Assembly (NCBI GenBank): GCA_046563655.1
Contig: CM102286.1
Coordinates: 10,602,001 to 10,666,000 of the forward strand
Reading direction: 5' to 3'
DNA from: Yuukianura sp. NJ FZ-2021
Lineage: Eukaryota
DNA: 64,000 bases
Shown: positions 52,659 through 64,000 of the stretch, piece after piece
How the letters are laid out: every line of letters begins with the position of its first letter
Position numbering within the stretch: the stretch's first letter is position 1
Made by a program: the position numbers and the translations under genes
The notes under the pieces: generated by a model
The model's database searches: none
What the model saw: only the letters and a program-made list of their open reading frames with translations
What the model was told of the DNA's origin: nothing

Positions 52659-54771
52659 CGTTTGACCTTTTTTAACTGCTACTTTGTTTTACTTAATAAC
52701 CAGACTTGCCAAAAACATTTATGTCCCATGCATATAATGTTAACAAAATCAGCATTTCGGGTATTTTTGTTACTAAATATTTATTTATTTGAGTAGGTAC
52801 AATGTGTACACAATACCTAAACTGTCAATCATCTGTCAATCAAATAATGATTGACAGGTATGGGTAGTGCATAGTTCCTGAGTTAGGTTAGAGTAATTAA
52901 AAAGGCTAATTAATAAGTAAATTAATTAATTAATTAGGTGGTGGATGATGGGGGGGGAGGGTCAACGACCGGGTATTACTTACCCCAACCCCTATTAATC
53001 CTCCACCACATCCTAAACCTACTTCAGTAATACAGCTCCAATCTAATCAATTAATTAATAAATTCCAAACAACCACATACTTAATTATTCAATTGTCAAT
53101 CAAATTTTTATGAAGTCTCATTGGCCAGTATGGGGAGGGAAATTACGGTAAGGGGTGGGGAAATTAACTGTGCAGGTTGTATAAATTAAGCTGTGGTGTA
53201 TGTTAATTTGAGCCGGTGGGTTGTGTGTAAACTACTGGGTAGCTTCCGGCGAGTGTGGGTGAGTGTTGGTGCCGAATTGATATTGGGCAATATTGGGTGT
53301 GTATCATTTCTCTTGTATTGTGTCGAAAGGGGAGCCCTTGGATGCTTACCCCTTTTCTTTTCCCCCAAAAAGTTTTATTTCATTATTTTAATTTTTTTCA
53401 TATTTCCAAAGCGGCGTAGTGGAATGGAGTCGGGCGGGGTGAGGTGAGGTGGAGTAGAGCGGGGTGAGTGAGCAATTGTTGTCTTTTTCTCGATTTCCCA
53501 ATTCCTCTTTTAGCGTAACCCTTGGACGGAGTCTGCCCTTTCATTTTGTTTTCAAATGTCTTCCTTTCGAATCCTCATGCCGTGATTCTCAAAGTATTAT
53601 GATAGAATTGGGGAGATTGGTAATCAGACAATGGAAGTAGAATCCGGCCGCAATTGGATAGCGGGAAAAAAAATTATGGGAATAGAACAGCTAGAAAATG
53701 GCGCCTAAGCAAAAAAATTTATCTGTATTTTTGCCACTTTATTAATAAAATTAAGCTAAAGCTTGTATAAGTTCTCTTGTCCGCCAAGCGCATCCCCCAT
53801 TTGATTGTGGGAAACAAAAATTCACGGTTACAACTGAAAGAACTTCTGAAGCGGACGGAGGGGATCATGGAGAATTGTGCAAGGTGCTAGGAGGAGAGAT
53901 GTTGGAAAAGTTGGTGCAATTGTCACCCTTTCCCTTTTTTTTCCGGCAAGTCCTACGGCCCCTGTTCCGCTGTGGAAATCTGCCTTTGCCGAACCCTTTG
54001 ATTGCCATTGATTCCTAAACCATTGACGATAGAATTGGGGAAGGTGGTATTGAGAGGATGGAAGTGTAGGGAATTGAGATTCAATAATAGCCGTTTTCCG
54101 TCGTTTCCGTTTTTGTCTCTTTTCTGCAATTCCTATTTATTTATTCTTTTCAATAGAGCCCTTCGTGAGCGGAGCTTGCCCTTCTGCCGTCGTGCTGAAA
54201 AGGTGAGTACAATAAAGACATCCATCAGATGAGAGGATGGAAGTGGAATCTGGCCAGAATTCGGTACCACAACAAAAAGACGGGTTTAGAAAACGGAAAG
54301 AGGAAATTACGACAAAACAAACCAATCCATATTTTCGCCTTTTAGTAAAATAAAGCTCGAAATGATACAAGTTCAGTTGCTCGCCAAAAGTATCCCCTCT
54401 ATCATAGTGTGGGGGAGAATTCTATTGGAGCGGCGTTCTTCGATCACCTTTGAATAGTGTGGTTTTCCAAAGGATTTTTTTTGTGTCCCAAGGTAGACAG
54501 GTGCGAGAAACGGTTGCAGGGAATTCATCGTATTGTGAACCCAAAACGAGATGGGAATCGAAGGAACACCGAACACAACATAGCACGATTTCCCTTTACA
54601 TTTTCATATTTCATTTCCGCATCGTTTGCAAGTTGGCTCAGTTGTGCTCACGGTTCCGAAGCGATAACATCAAAATGGGAGGCATTAATCCCTTATCCAT
54701 TGACTATGTTATTCCTATTTTTCCTAAAACCGAAAAAGGAACAGATACGCTGAGTTTTACTCGTGGTAAAA

Positions 54772-55097
54772 ATGGAAAACTTTTATGCCCTTATTGCCCA
54801 AAAAAATTTGCAAGGAAAGACACCGTGAATCGGCATGTTATTAACTTCCATTCACCACAAGTCGGAGGTGGAAAAACGGAAGACGCGGACAACATGGAAG
54901 AAAGTTCATCGTCCCAAAATAAAAGTAGCTCAGCTTCCGAAGATGTCAATGGTTCTGAAGATGACTTGGAGAACGACTCGGAGATTTCGGCGGAGACAAT
55001 TAAGCTCATTTTACATTTGCTTAAGAATGCTCAAGCCGGAACTCAAAGATTAACAAAAAAGCTTCTATTCCAAGTCATAACGGAAGCTGACCCTTAG
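54772..55097 (+). CDS. Small C2H2 zinc-finger protein inside the Polinton, paralog of 2104-3267; start probably frameshifted
   Basis: CPYCPKKFARKDTVNRHVINFH, acidic/Ser linker, IKLILHLLKNAQAGTQRLTK. Confidence 0.68.
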
Positions 55098-56017
55098 CTG
55101 CTTCTGTAAAGAAGTTTTGACAAGAAAATACATTATCTCATAGCTTCCCAATGCTTACAAAATTCTTAATTCCAGTTCTCGTTTAATCTTTTTCATCTTC
55201 GCAGTTTGACATTACGGTGTATTATCGACCATCACGCATCGCTGCACCTCAGTCCGTTCCACCCCACATCACCCTGCCACACCCCACATCACCCCGCGCA
55301 ACCTCAACTCACTCCGCCGCATCCCGCCTGATCACACTCCGTCTCAGCGCCGTAGAAATCAGGAAAACTAAAAAGAATGTAACAAAACAATGGAAACTTA
55401 AAATTCGCCACTGACTGAGTGAGTCGCCTTCGGTCTGTACTATCAAATAATGCTCGATACTAAAAGCAGTGGAGAAATAACTATTAAACTAAGCGCAGTT
55501 CAAATTTTCAGTTCATTTGCAATCAAAGGCTTTACCCAAACACTTTGATTACTCTGACTCGATGAGTGCGCGTTTCTCCGCCAGACACGATTAGATACAA
55601 ACAGTTGCGTCCTTGTTGAAAGCCAGCACTTTAATTGAATTGTTGTACAGCCAAGAATTTATCTACGTCATCGAATCCCTTCCAGGTGGACTTTCGAACC
55701 TTCTCGCTTTCAGTGATTCTAATTTAGAAAGTTCGCAGTATTACAACATTTAATTTTCTTCGTTTTAGTAAACCTGGTAGACCTTTCTTTGAAACTACAG
55801 TAGAAAACTCCACTAACATGTTTAGAAGGTTGAGCTTACGCTTCAACCTGGTCCTAACAGAATGAACAAGTGTAAGAGAAAGCCAATTCGGAAAAGAAAG
55901 GTACGCCTCTAAGTTATCATTAAACAATTTCTAGTACTCTAACTTTTTCTGTTTTCCCCAATTTTAGTTCAACTTTATACACTGTACACATGAGTGTAGT
56001 ACAGTCTATCAATTGGA

Positions 56018-56460
56018 TTGCCACAACGAAACGAGGTAAACTTACGTTCTCTATGGCTTTTTTTCTCCAATTTCTTAATAAGTGGGAAAAATACTTGTTC
56101 AATTAGACACTACTGTCACAAGTGCGGTACCATTGTAAATTCACTGCCTGCCCACGATCCGCGATGTGTTCAAGTTGGCGCAGCCAACTCGGCCGGAAGT
56201 GGCTTGGGTCCGCTAAACATTGATGAGCGTGTATTCAAGCAAGTGGAAACTTCCCACCGCGGAGAATTGGTCTCATTTACATTCAAACCTACACAAGATT
56301 TTCGAATGCTTGCAAACTTGATCGAATCTGTGGAAGCTCCTCTTCGATTTCTGATTGAGCAAAGTTTGGCTCACTATGGAGCAATTAGAATCAAGTTGGT
56401 TTTGTTGCTGACTTTATTTCAAAGTGGAACACATAAAAAACGTCAAGACGTTTCCACAAG
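56018..56460 (+). pseudogene. Probable N-terminal fragment of a Polinton protein-primed DNA polymerase B, cut off near the right TIR
   Basis: CHKC...H..RC zinc-finger-like motif, then FKQVETSHRGELVSFTF...LIEQSLAHYGAIRIKLVL, resembling the region before the exonuclease in arthropod Polinton pPolBs (recalled similarity, not searched). Confidence 0.5.
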
Positions 56461-58379
56461 CAGTTACTTGGGTTTGGGTCTCTGTTGGCCACAACGCATT
56501 GGGGGAAGTGAAGTTAATTCCGGGTGGGTGTAAACTCCCCAACTTAATTAAGCACCTAAGTGTTAATTATGTTCATAGTTTAATTAGCCTACACCCCCGT
56601 CTCCTAACCTTTTTTTCCGCTTCTTCCTCTTTCTTCAAGATGAGACGTCTTTTCTTTTGTTTACCTTCTTTTAAAGCAAAACAAAAGCACGCGACAAACT
56701 CCACACATCGCACTCACGCGTGCATTCCTCAATTTGACCCCCCCCCCCCATCATCCACCACCACCTAACTAATTAATTAATTAATTAATTTACTTATTAA
56801 TTAGCCTTTTTAATTACTCTAACCTAACTCAGGTACTATGCACTACCCATACCTGTCAATAATTATTTGATTGACAGATGATTGGCAGTTTAGGTATTGT
56901 GTACACATTGTTCCTACTTATTTGCCTATGCCATTAATGCTAAGTTCGTAAATATTTCGAGTTTTTCAGTAAATATTATTTATTTAAACATTTCCCTGGT
57001 TTTTAGTAAATATTTTTAGCAAGTCTGTTAACAACACACTAGTTGTCGCACTTTTCGCCACATTTCTGAAGACAGATCACTTGATGATCGTCGAATTCTG
57101 TTCACTGTTAGTAGACCATTTTGCTTTATAATTATGAACATCAATGGCAAAAAGGTTTTGTTCTTCAGAAGAGTCACCAGGCCACTTCCGCTGGAATTCA
57201 CTAAATTCTAATCAAGACCAAACACTTTCTACAAAGTGTTTGGAATGACTATTGTTCATCTTGTTCATGCCAACTGACTAACAATTTGATCTGGAATCCA
57301 GTCTCAGAGTCCAATCACGAATACGCAGGCATACATGAATCCTTCTTGTTCCTCTAATCGTGGCACCAATTGTGTCGAAACCCAAACTTCATCTTGTGCA
57401 CATCCAAAACAAACACTTTTTAGAACATGAAAACCTTGTTTTCACAATGTTATTTGACCGGATGCCGCACCAACGCCTTTCAACTTTACTGATTTCAGCT
57501 TTAGGTAAAGTAAATGGTCTCCAGAAAACTGTTTTAAAATAAATAAAACTGCACATAGATTTTGAGGTTGCAAATTTTATACTGCGTTTTACGTGTTTAC
57601 AGAGGTTTATTATACAATTTATAACGTCAACTCCGGAACTTCAAACCTTTGATAATGTTTTTGACGGAATACTTGGCCAAAACATTCTATATACAAAAAT
57701 ACAAAAGCCATAACAGTAAGAATAAAATATTGACGTCTTAAAAACAAGTTTCTCCTCATGCGCAAAATCTGGAGAAGGCTGGAGGTAAACTTACAATCAT
57801 AAATTGGTTATAAGGATGCTCAAACTTCAATGATTTCTTTCACCAACCGAAAGAGGCGAAGTTCTGTTGTTCTAAAATACTTATAATTAAGTAGCCACAG
57901 CATCCTTTCACGATTACAAATAAATTAGCGAAGGCTATTATGGCATTCCGAGCTGTCGGGATGGAAATGTTAACTGGAGTTTGACTAGGGAAGGAATTAA
58001 AAGGCACCAGGAAACTGATTAGAAGAGTGCACAGTGTACAGTTGCTACGTTACAACTAGAGACTATGGGGTCACGGAAGGTCATTACAAATGTTAAGTTA
58101 AGGGACAACTCACTTAACTAAATTCACAAAATAAAATTCGCTAACATTGAATAAACACAAGCTGCCGTTCACACTCCAAACGATTCTCAACAATAATTTA
58201 AATTCATTAAGCTCCTTCAAGTCATTCAAAGTCCAACAATTCCTCATGGCAGGCTTTAGATTGTGAAATCGTTTTGAGAGAAAAATATTGATTACAAAGT
58301 TTTTCAAAACCGTTTCATATGAACATGAACAATATAGGAAGCCGTCTTTTTAAAAAATCGAGACAAGCAGCTAAGGCAC

Positions 58380-61300
58380 TCAGCAAGAGTTCCCTCCACT
58401 TTGAAGTTTCCCAACCACAAGCTTGACCCATCCTTTGGACATGGCGTCACCAGAACCACCGTCGGCAGATAGATGTCCTTGACTCTGACTTCTAGCGCTT
58501 GAATGTGTCATGGCACGTTCAGCCAATGGAGAATTACCGCCACTGGATTCTGTGTCACTACCTCGTCGACTGGAAGGGAAACTGGTACATTTGAGCGGTG
58601 AAAGTTCAATGACGGTGTTGATAGTGGATGTAGAGTGCTGTGAACTTGTTTCGCTTTCGTCTTCACGATTTCCCGTACCGGATTTCCAAAGTTCAAGTTC
58701 TTTGCGTCTCTGTTGAATTGATTTGATACCGTCAAAAGAAGGACTTGGAAGGAATTCTCTTTGGAAAGTGGTACACTGCTCAAGATGTTTCAATTTTTCC
58801 AAAATAGCTTGTCCACAGACAATGCGACTTCTTCTGGCCGATTCAGAAGCGTTTGTTGGATGCTTCTGTGGATGAAGCTCGAGAGTCTTCGGGCGATCCA
58901 ACAAACTTTCGCCAGTAGTGGAAAGTTGTGAAATTCTCCAAGACGGCTTTGAGCAGGGAGAGGTCGTTTTTGAAGTATTTGAACTGAATTCGCCTTGATC
59001 TGAGAAAATTGCACTATCAGGGAATAATTCACTCTCCAAAAAATTTTCAATGGCCTCGAACGATCTTTCGTAGAATCCGTCTGCTGATCCATCGCTATCC
59101 GACTGTACATCTTGGTCAATGTAGCTCAAATACAGTTCCCGGTTGATGGTCCTGTTGTTGATGGTTCTTCTAAGGAAAACGTAGTCATCTTGAGCATCAG
59201 TTTGTGAAGGTTCTTGTGTAGTGTTGTTACCTTCAGTTGAATCCGAAGTTCCGGACAAGACCGAATGTGGACGTCCACTATCGTCGAGTGTGGAGGACAA
59301 AATTCTGGATAAACCATAGTACGAAGATTCTGTGCAATGAGCCAATCTGGCTCCAATTTTGTTCGAAATGGGATTGTCAGTTGAGCTTCCCGAAGTTCCA
59401 AGACTTTCAAAGCCACTACTCGTGATGCTGTCACAGTTTTCGCTGTCAGAATCTAAGTCGACAGAGTTTTTTTGATTTTCCAAACTTCGTTGCTGTACTC
59501 CTGCGCGACTATTCTTTTTCCTATCGTCATTAAAATTTTCCAAGATTCCATTACTTCCAGAAATGGACACATTTGCAATGGAACCTAAGTTAATTGGAGT
59601 TGTATTTCCGTTTGATTTGGTATTTGTTGAAGTTTGTGTCACTTTGGTCGTCATTCGATTTGCTTTGATTCCGGATAGTCGTTGTGTCACGCTAAGTAAA
59701 ATGTCTTTAATGGATGTTTTGGAAGCAGAGCGATGATATATTTTATGATCCGGGTGAAGGCTCAAGTTCTCCAAAGAAATAACAGGAGTAAATTCATCAA
59801 TTTCATCTTTTCCCTCAGCCATAGTTGATTTAGACAATTGATGATTGAATTTTGTCATGTACTGTTCCATTTCTTCGTAGCTCATGTCAGATGGAGTTGG
59901 TTTGTCCGAAGCAATTGTAAATGGACGATCTGGAACAGGAAACCTGGTGCTATTGGTACCACGAAACCTCGATTTGAAACTATGATTGCTTTCGGTTGAC
60001 TTTTGTAACTTGAGAGGTAGGGGTTCATGCTGACCAACTTGGAAGCTGCGTGGTAGAGAGCCGGACTTGGTGGACGGTGTTGCCAAATGCTCTCCCTGTT
60101 CTTTTAGCCAAACAGCAGGAAGTGTTGGAATATTGGCTTCTGAGGAAGATGAAGAATCCGATGTGTAGGAATTCGGAAAAACGCCAGAATCTCCATGAGG
60201 TAAAGAAGTCTCCGAAGCTTTGGAAGTTATGGCGCTTCTTTGACGCTGCTGCTCATTACTCGAGCAAGTGAAGGAATGTGTGTGTCTAATGGCAGACTTT
60301 GAATTTGGACTTTTGGAATCAGGAGTTTCAACTTCTTTATTTTTGGTATTTGTCTGGTTGTTGCGTCGTGAATCATTTCGTCGAAAACTGCTCCAGAGCA
60401 GAGAAAATGGATCATAATGCGAAAATGGACCGTTGATAAATCGTCGTGGCGTCAATGTCGCCTTGTTTCCTGGATCTGATACTGTTCGCTGAACGTTCTT
60501 GGTGGCCATTATCAGCTCACTTCCGACTTTCGACTCAGCGTAAATATCCTCACGACTGTCTTCGTTAACGTCGGACGACGAGCCGATCCCATTGGACAAC
60601 GACGACGTTTGACTTTCATCCTTTTCGAGACCCGGGAGCTTCTTTGGAGTGAATGGGGAATCTTCTGCTTCTGCCTCTGACCCAGACACATCCTCACCTT
60701 CTTGAAGATGTCGCTGGTGACGAAGTGCCAAAGATTTCCTGAGCTGCACCAATCGCTGTTTACTTAGGATTCGCTGGAACTCTCTGTTTTGCATTACCAG
60801 TTGACCTACAATTTCTTCGACTGATTCCCGGCGCTGTTCTAGAATTGGAATACTTTCACGTGATCCGTCGACTACGTCGTTGGCTCCAACCTCTTCATCA
60901 ATATTCTCTGTTGATTCAGCGGTAATATGTGAGTTGTCGTTAGATGATTGGAGTTGGAGCCCTCGAAGGGCTCCTCTGAGCCCTTTAGCTCCGTCAAGAT
61001 AAAATCCTGGCTCTGATTTACGTCTCCAGCCACTCAACTTCTTCACCTACAACAAATAAAGCATGTTCAAATTAACTGACGAAAAAATGAAAATATTAAA
61101 ATTATAAAGGAAACTTTTAGAAAACTGGAATAATTTTAAAATTTTGGTTAAAAGATCTTGTACGTTTCCCTAAAGGGTTTTCTTATTTTTCCACTCTTAC
61201 TGTCACTATAACTTATCAAGCCAGCAAGTAGAAATTGGCATTCGGGAATGAAAGTCTATGGAATAATAAAAGTTAAATTCGACAATTCGACAACGACTAT

Positions 61301-63263
61301 TCACTAATACAAAAGCGGTAACGAATCTCACCAGTCGCATTTCAGTGATTCCGAGTGAGGCTGGACCGTTCGAAATATTCACTCGGCCATTCAAGTCCTT
61401 CCCGCTCCGTTCTCCACCATCTACCGTTACATCACGTTCCAAGTTACTCGAAATATGGCTGTCCATGGAACTTCTTCTACTATTCCGGCGACTGACGCTC
61501 ACAACCTGTCACAGATATTACACACGATCAAGACTTGCATCACGATGCATATAAACCACTGTTCCTAAATATAATAATTTACACATCAACCTGCAAAAAA
61601 ATATGTTACCTCTTTCGGGATTGGTCCATTTTTTCTGGTTCTGCGAAGTTTGGCTTTCAGCGTAGATTCTGCCTTGCGTCTATCTCTCTCTTGTTTCCTC
61701 TTCTCCAAGTACTCGGGCGCAGAATGTTGTTTCTTCATCTGAGGCTTTTCTGTTGGAAATGTCGCTTCTGCTGGAAACGAAAATTAGAAACGATGAGTAC
61801 ATGAATACCAAATTAAAAGTCCATCTTCACATGCTCCGAGAATATTTCAGCCAGCCCCCTTGTCTCCGTGTCCCGATAAAAGGACCGAGCTTAAAAGTGC
61901 CGAAAAATCACGACTAGACAACCTTAACTTGGAAAGACGCCTAACCACCCGTAACACTACATGTTAGCTTTTCTTTCTCACGACATGGCACAAAAACTAG
62001 CAGAATCTCTGCATCCAAACACAATCAGACAAGGGAGTTGCAGGTATATTTGATGAGGACTTGAAGTCGGAATCTGAAATCGTGATTAAAGATAGAGTCC
62101 ATTTCTGGACATGCTTCAAAACTCCAAGAATGGAAGATGGACAAAGGATGTTTTCGGGAAGATGTAGTTAGGAATTTACCTTCCGGCCGACATTGTCCTA
62201 GTTCCATTACGAGCTGCCGGGCATGCACAGGTATGACAGCATGGTAATTCTCCAGGATAACTCGCTTCAACTGCAGCGTCCATTCCCTCTTCTGCTCAAT
62301 ATTTTTTGCCTGGTAATCAACAGTCGACGGCATACCAATTTATTATCCAAAGACTTAACTAGCACGTCGCCGAGGTGAATGTCAGCATGGTTGTAAATTA
62401 CAATTTCTACCTGGAGCGTGCACTGGAGACGAGGATTGTCAAAGGGGATGACATGGAAACTTAACAGCTCTCCTATGAATTCAAATCAGTAAAATTATCA
62501 TAGCATTTAGGTGTACAATTTTAGACAGACTTTCTCTACTAAATTAAATTTAACACATTGACTTACCAGGGACGCTTTCGATCAACATCAAGTTGGAGCA
62601 CTGTTTCAGTTTTGAAAGTTGACGACACAGGACATGAAAAAAAAATAAGAAAAAATAAAATTTTTTAAAACTCGTGTTCTAATGGGGAGTATGTGAACTT
62701 TTTGTTCTGTATTTTATAGTCGCTTCTCAAATATACAAAGGAAAACAAAATTGACTTCATTTTTAAAAAGTACCGCAGCTACGTGCGTTACAATAAAAAT
62801 TTTAAAGCAGATTTTGTCACCAGTGTCATGTCGTAATAAGTTTTGAATTAGCCAAAACAAATGAAAGAACAAAAAAAACTTTTATGTATTCCAGATTTTT
62901 GATCAATTTGTAGATACGCGTATGGAAAGTAAGAAATGTAGCTTATAACTATATTTTCAAAACAAGAAAAAATACTGGAAACTGGATTTCCAACATATCA
63001 AGTATACTTAAATAGTTCAATTTGCATGACCAAACGTCTTTTTTAAATCCCACACCGGTTTTCCTTACACGTCATCGTCATCGTTCAACAAAGTAGTCAC
63101 ATCTTACCATGATATGCGTCTTGTATCCCAGGATCCCGTCTTCCTTCTTCTTCGTAATTAGAAGCATCCTATCAAATAGGAAGATATGGCGAAGTGCTTT
63201 GGCACCATAAACTCGGAAAGTTCCTTCCGCACATAACTCTCCATAAGTGGTTAAGTCCTCGCC
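58380..63263 (-). CDS. 3' part of a Dbl-family RhoGEF (PLEKHG1-3/GEFmeso type): PH domain plus long disordered C-terminus; 5' exons lie beyond the window
   Basis: Exons give GEDLTTYGELCAEGTFRVYGAKALRHIFLFDRMLLITKKK..YKTHIM / CSNLMLIES / LSFHVIPFDNP..TLQ / AKNIEQKREWTLQLKRVILENYHAVIP; large terminal exon 61046-58380. Confidence 0.86.
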
Positions 63264-64000
63264 CTGCAAAATTTGACCAAAACAGTATTACTTTCATTTT
63301 TTCTTTTTAATATTCCATGGGTAAAACCTACAGTTCAAGAAATCACTGCTTTTGTGTAATAAACCAGAGAAAACTTCGAATCGTGTAAATTGATTGATTC
63401 CTCATTTGGATTTTACAAGGTGACAAGAGTGAAACGAAAATGATTGAATGCAATTAATTATAAAAGTAACATTATTATTTGATTTTGGAAGGAGAGGTAC
63501 ACAAGGTGGGCCACACATCAGTCATTTTCGTTACAGAACAATGACAGATCAAGTCACTTGTGCAAGAGTGTCTCTCAAATATGATTGGTGGGCATAGTAC
63601 ATGTTCAACATCCAAAACACTCAAAAATGTCACTGACAAAGACACAATCATTGACCTCCCTTTTGCGCAAAAGGCAACATTGAGCTTTAATCTTTCCTTG
63701 GTCAATGCCTTGAAGTTAACCTGGATTCCAATCCCAAGCCCATGAAAGGAAAGATCAATCTTACGGTCATGGTCACTGGGCTTCACTCAAGTACAGGCGA
63801 AGATCTCTCGTTTCAATTCTTCCGTCAGAAGTAAAAGTGCATATAGATTAAATGCTTTTAGCATTTTTACGACTTTAGAGAAAGAGAAAGTTTCTGGAAT
63901 TTTTAATTTTAGAAAACGAGCGTATCTGTACAAGATGTCTGGCACTGGCCAATATTCATGGTTGGATTTTTGTGACTCATGAAGAAGGAATGGCAACGTT

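Larger units (their letters stand above)
52792..56918. mobile_element. Internally deleted Polinton/Maverick element (4.1 kb)
   Basis: ~165-bp TIRs starting AGTAG and ending CTACT; 6-bp TSD TATTTG at 52786-52791 and 56919-56924; internal pPolB-like fragment. Confidence 0.85.
52701..57027. mobile_element. Small hAT-like MITE (~200 bp) split by the Polinton insertion
   Basis: TIRs CAGACTTGC...GCAAGTCTG; TSD TTAATAAC (52693-52700) / TTAACAAC (57028-57035). Confidence 0.75.

Noticed and set aside
52292..52796. ORFs with VFRLP/GRRKT repeats
   Set aside because: These are translations of MITE GGAAGAC subrepeats.
58380..61046. Stand-alone 888-aa gene
   Set aside because: It begins at GTG directly after a splice acceptor and is the terminal exon of the RhoGEF.

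Overview
AT-rich eukaryotic genomic DNA with short GT-AG introns, most consistent with an arthropod (possibly a springtail; this is inference from the divergent ionotropic-receptor-like gene, DINE-like element and intron-containing microbial-type PKS). Host genes: RNASEH2B (11.8-13.5 kb, minus), a broken ionotropic-receptor-like gene, two tandem secreted DM9-like genes, and the 3' half of a PLEKHG1-3/GEFmeso-type RhoGEF (58.4-63.3 kb, minus). The most unusual locus is a decayed type I polyketide synthase (KS-AT-DH) whose upstream exons encode a glycogenin/GT8-like domain lacking the DxD motif (30.5-36.3 kb, minus). About 1.9 kb upstream of it lies a ~13.9 kb, 374-bp tandem array whose unit looks like a Pol II core promoter plus splice donor. 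The window is dense in mobile DNA: a 4.1 kb Polinton/Maverick derivative with 6-bp TSD, a probable second Polinton end carrying RING, C2H2 and IAP cargo genes, LTR remnants, CRE and CR1-like LINEs, Helitron/DINE-like elements and many 8-bp-TSD MITEs, several nested. All calls come from manual reading and translation; no database searches were run and some boundaries are approximate.
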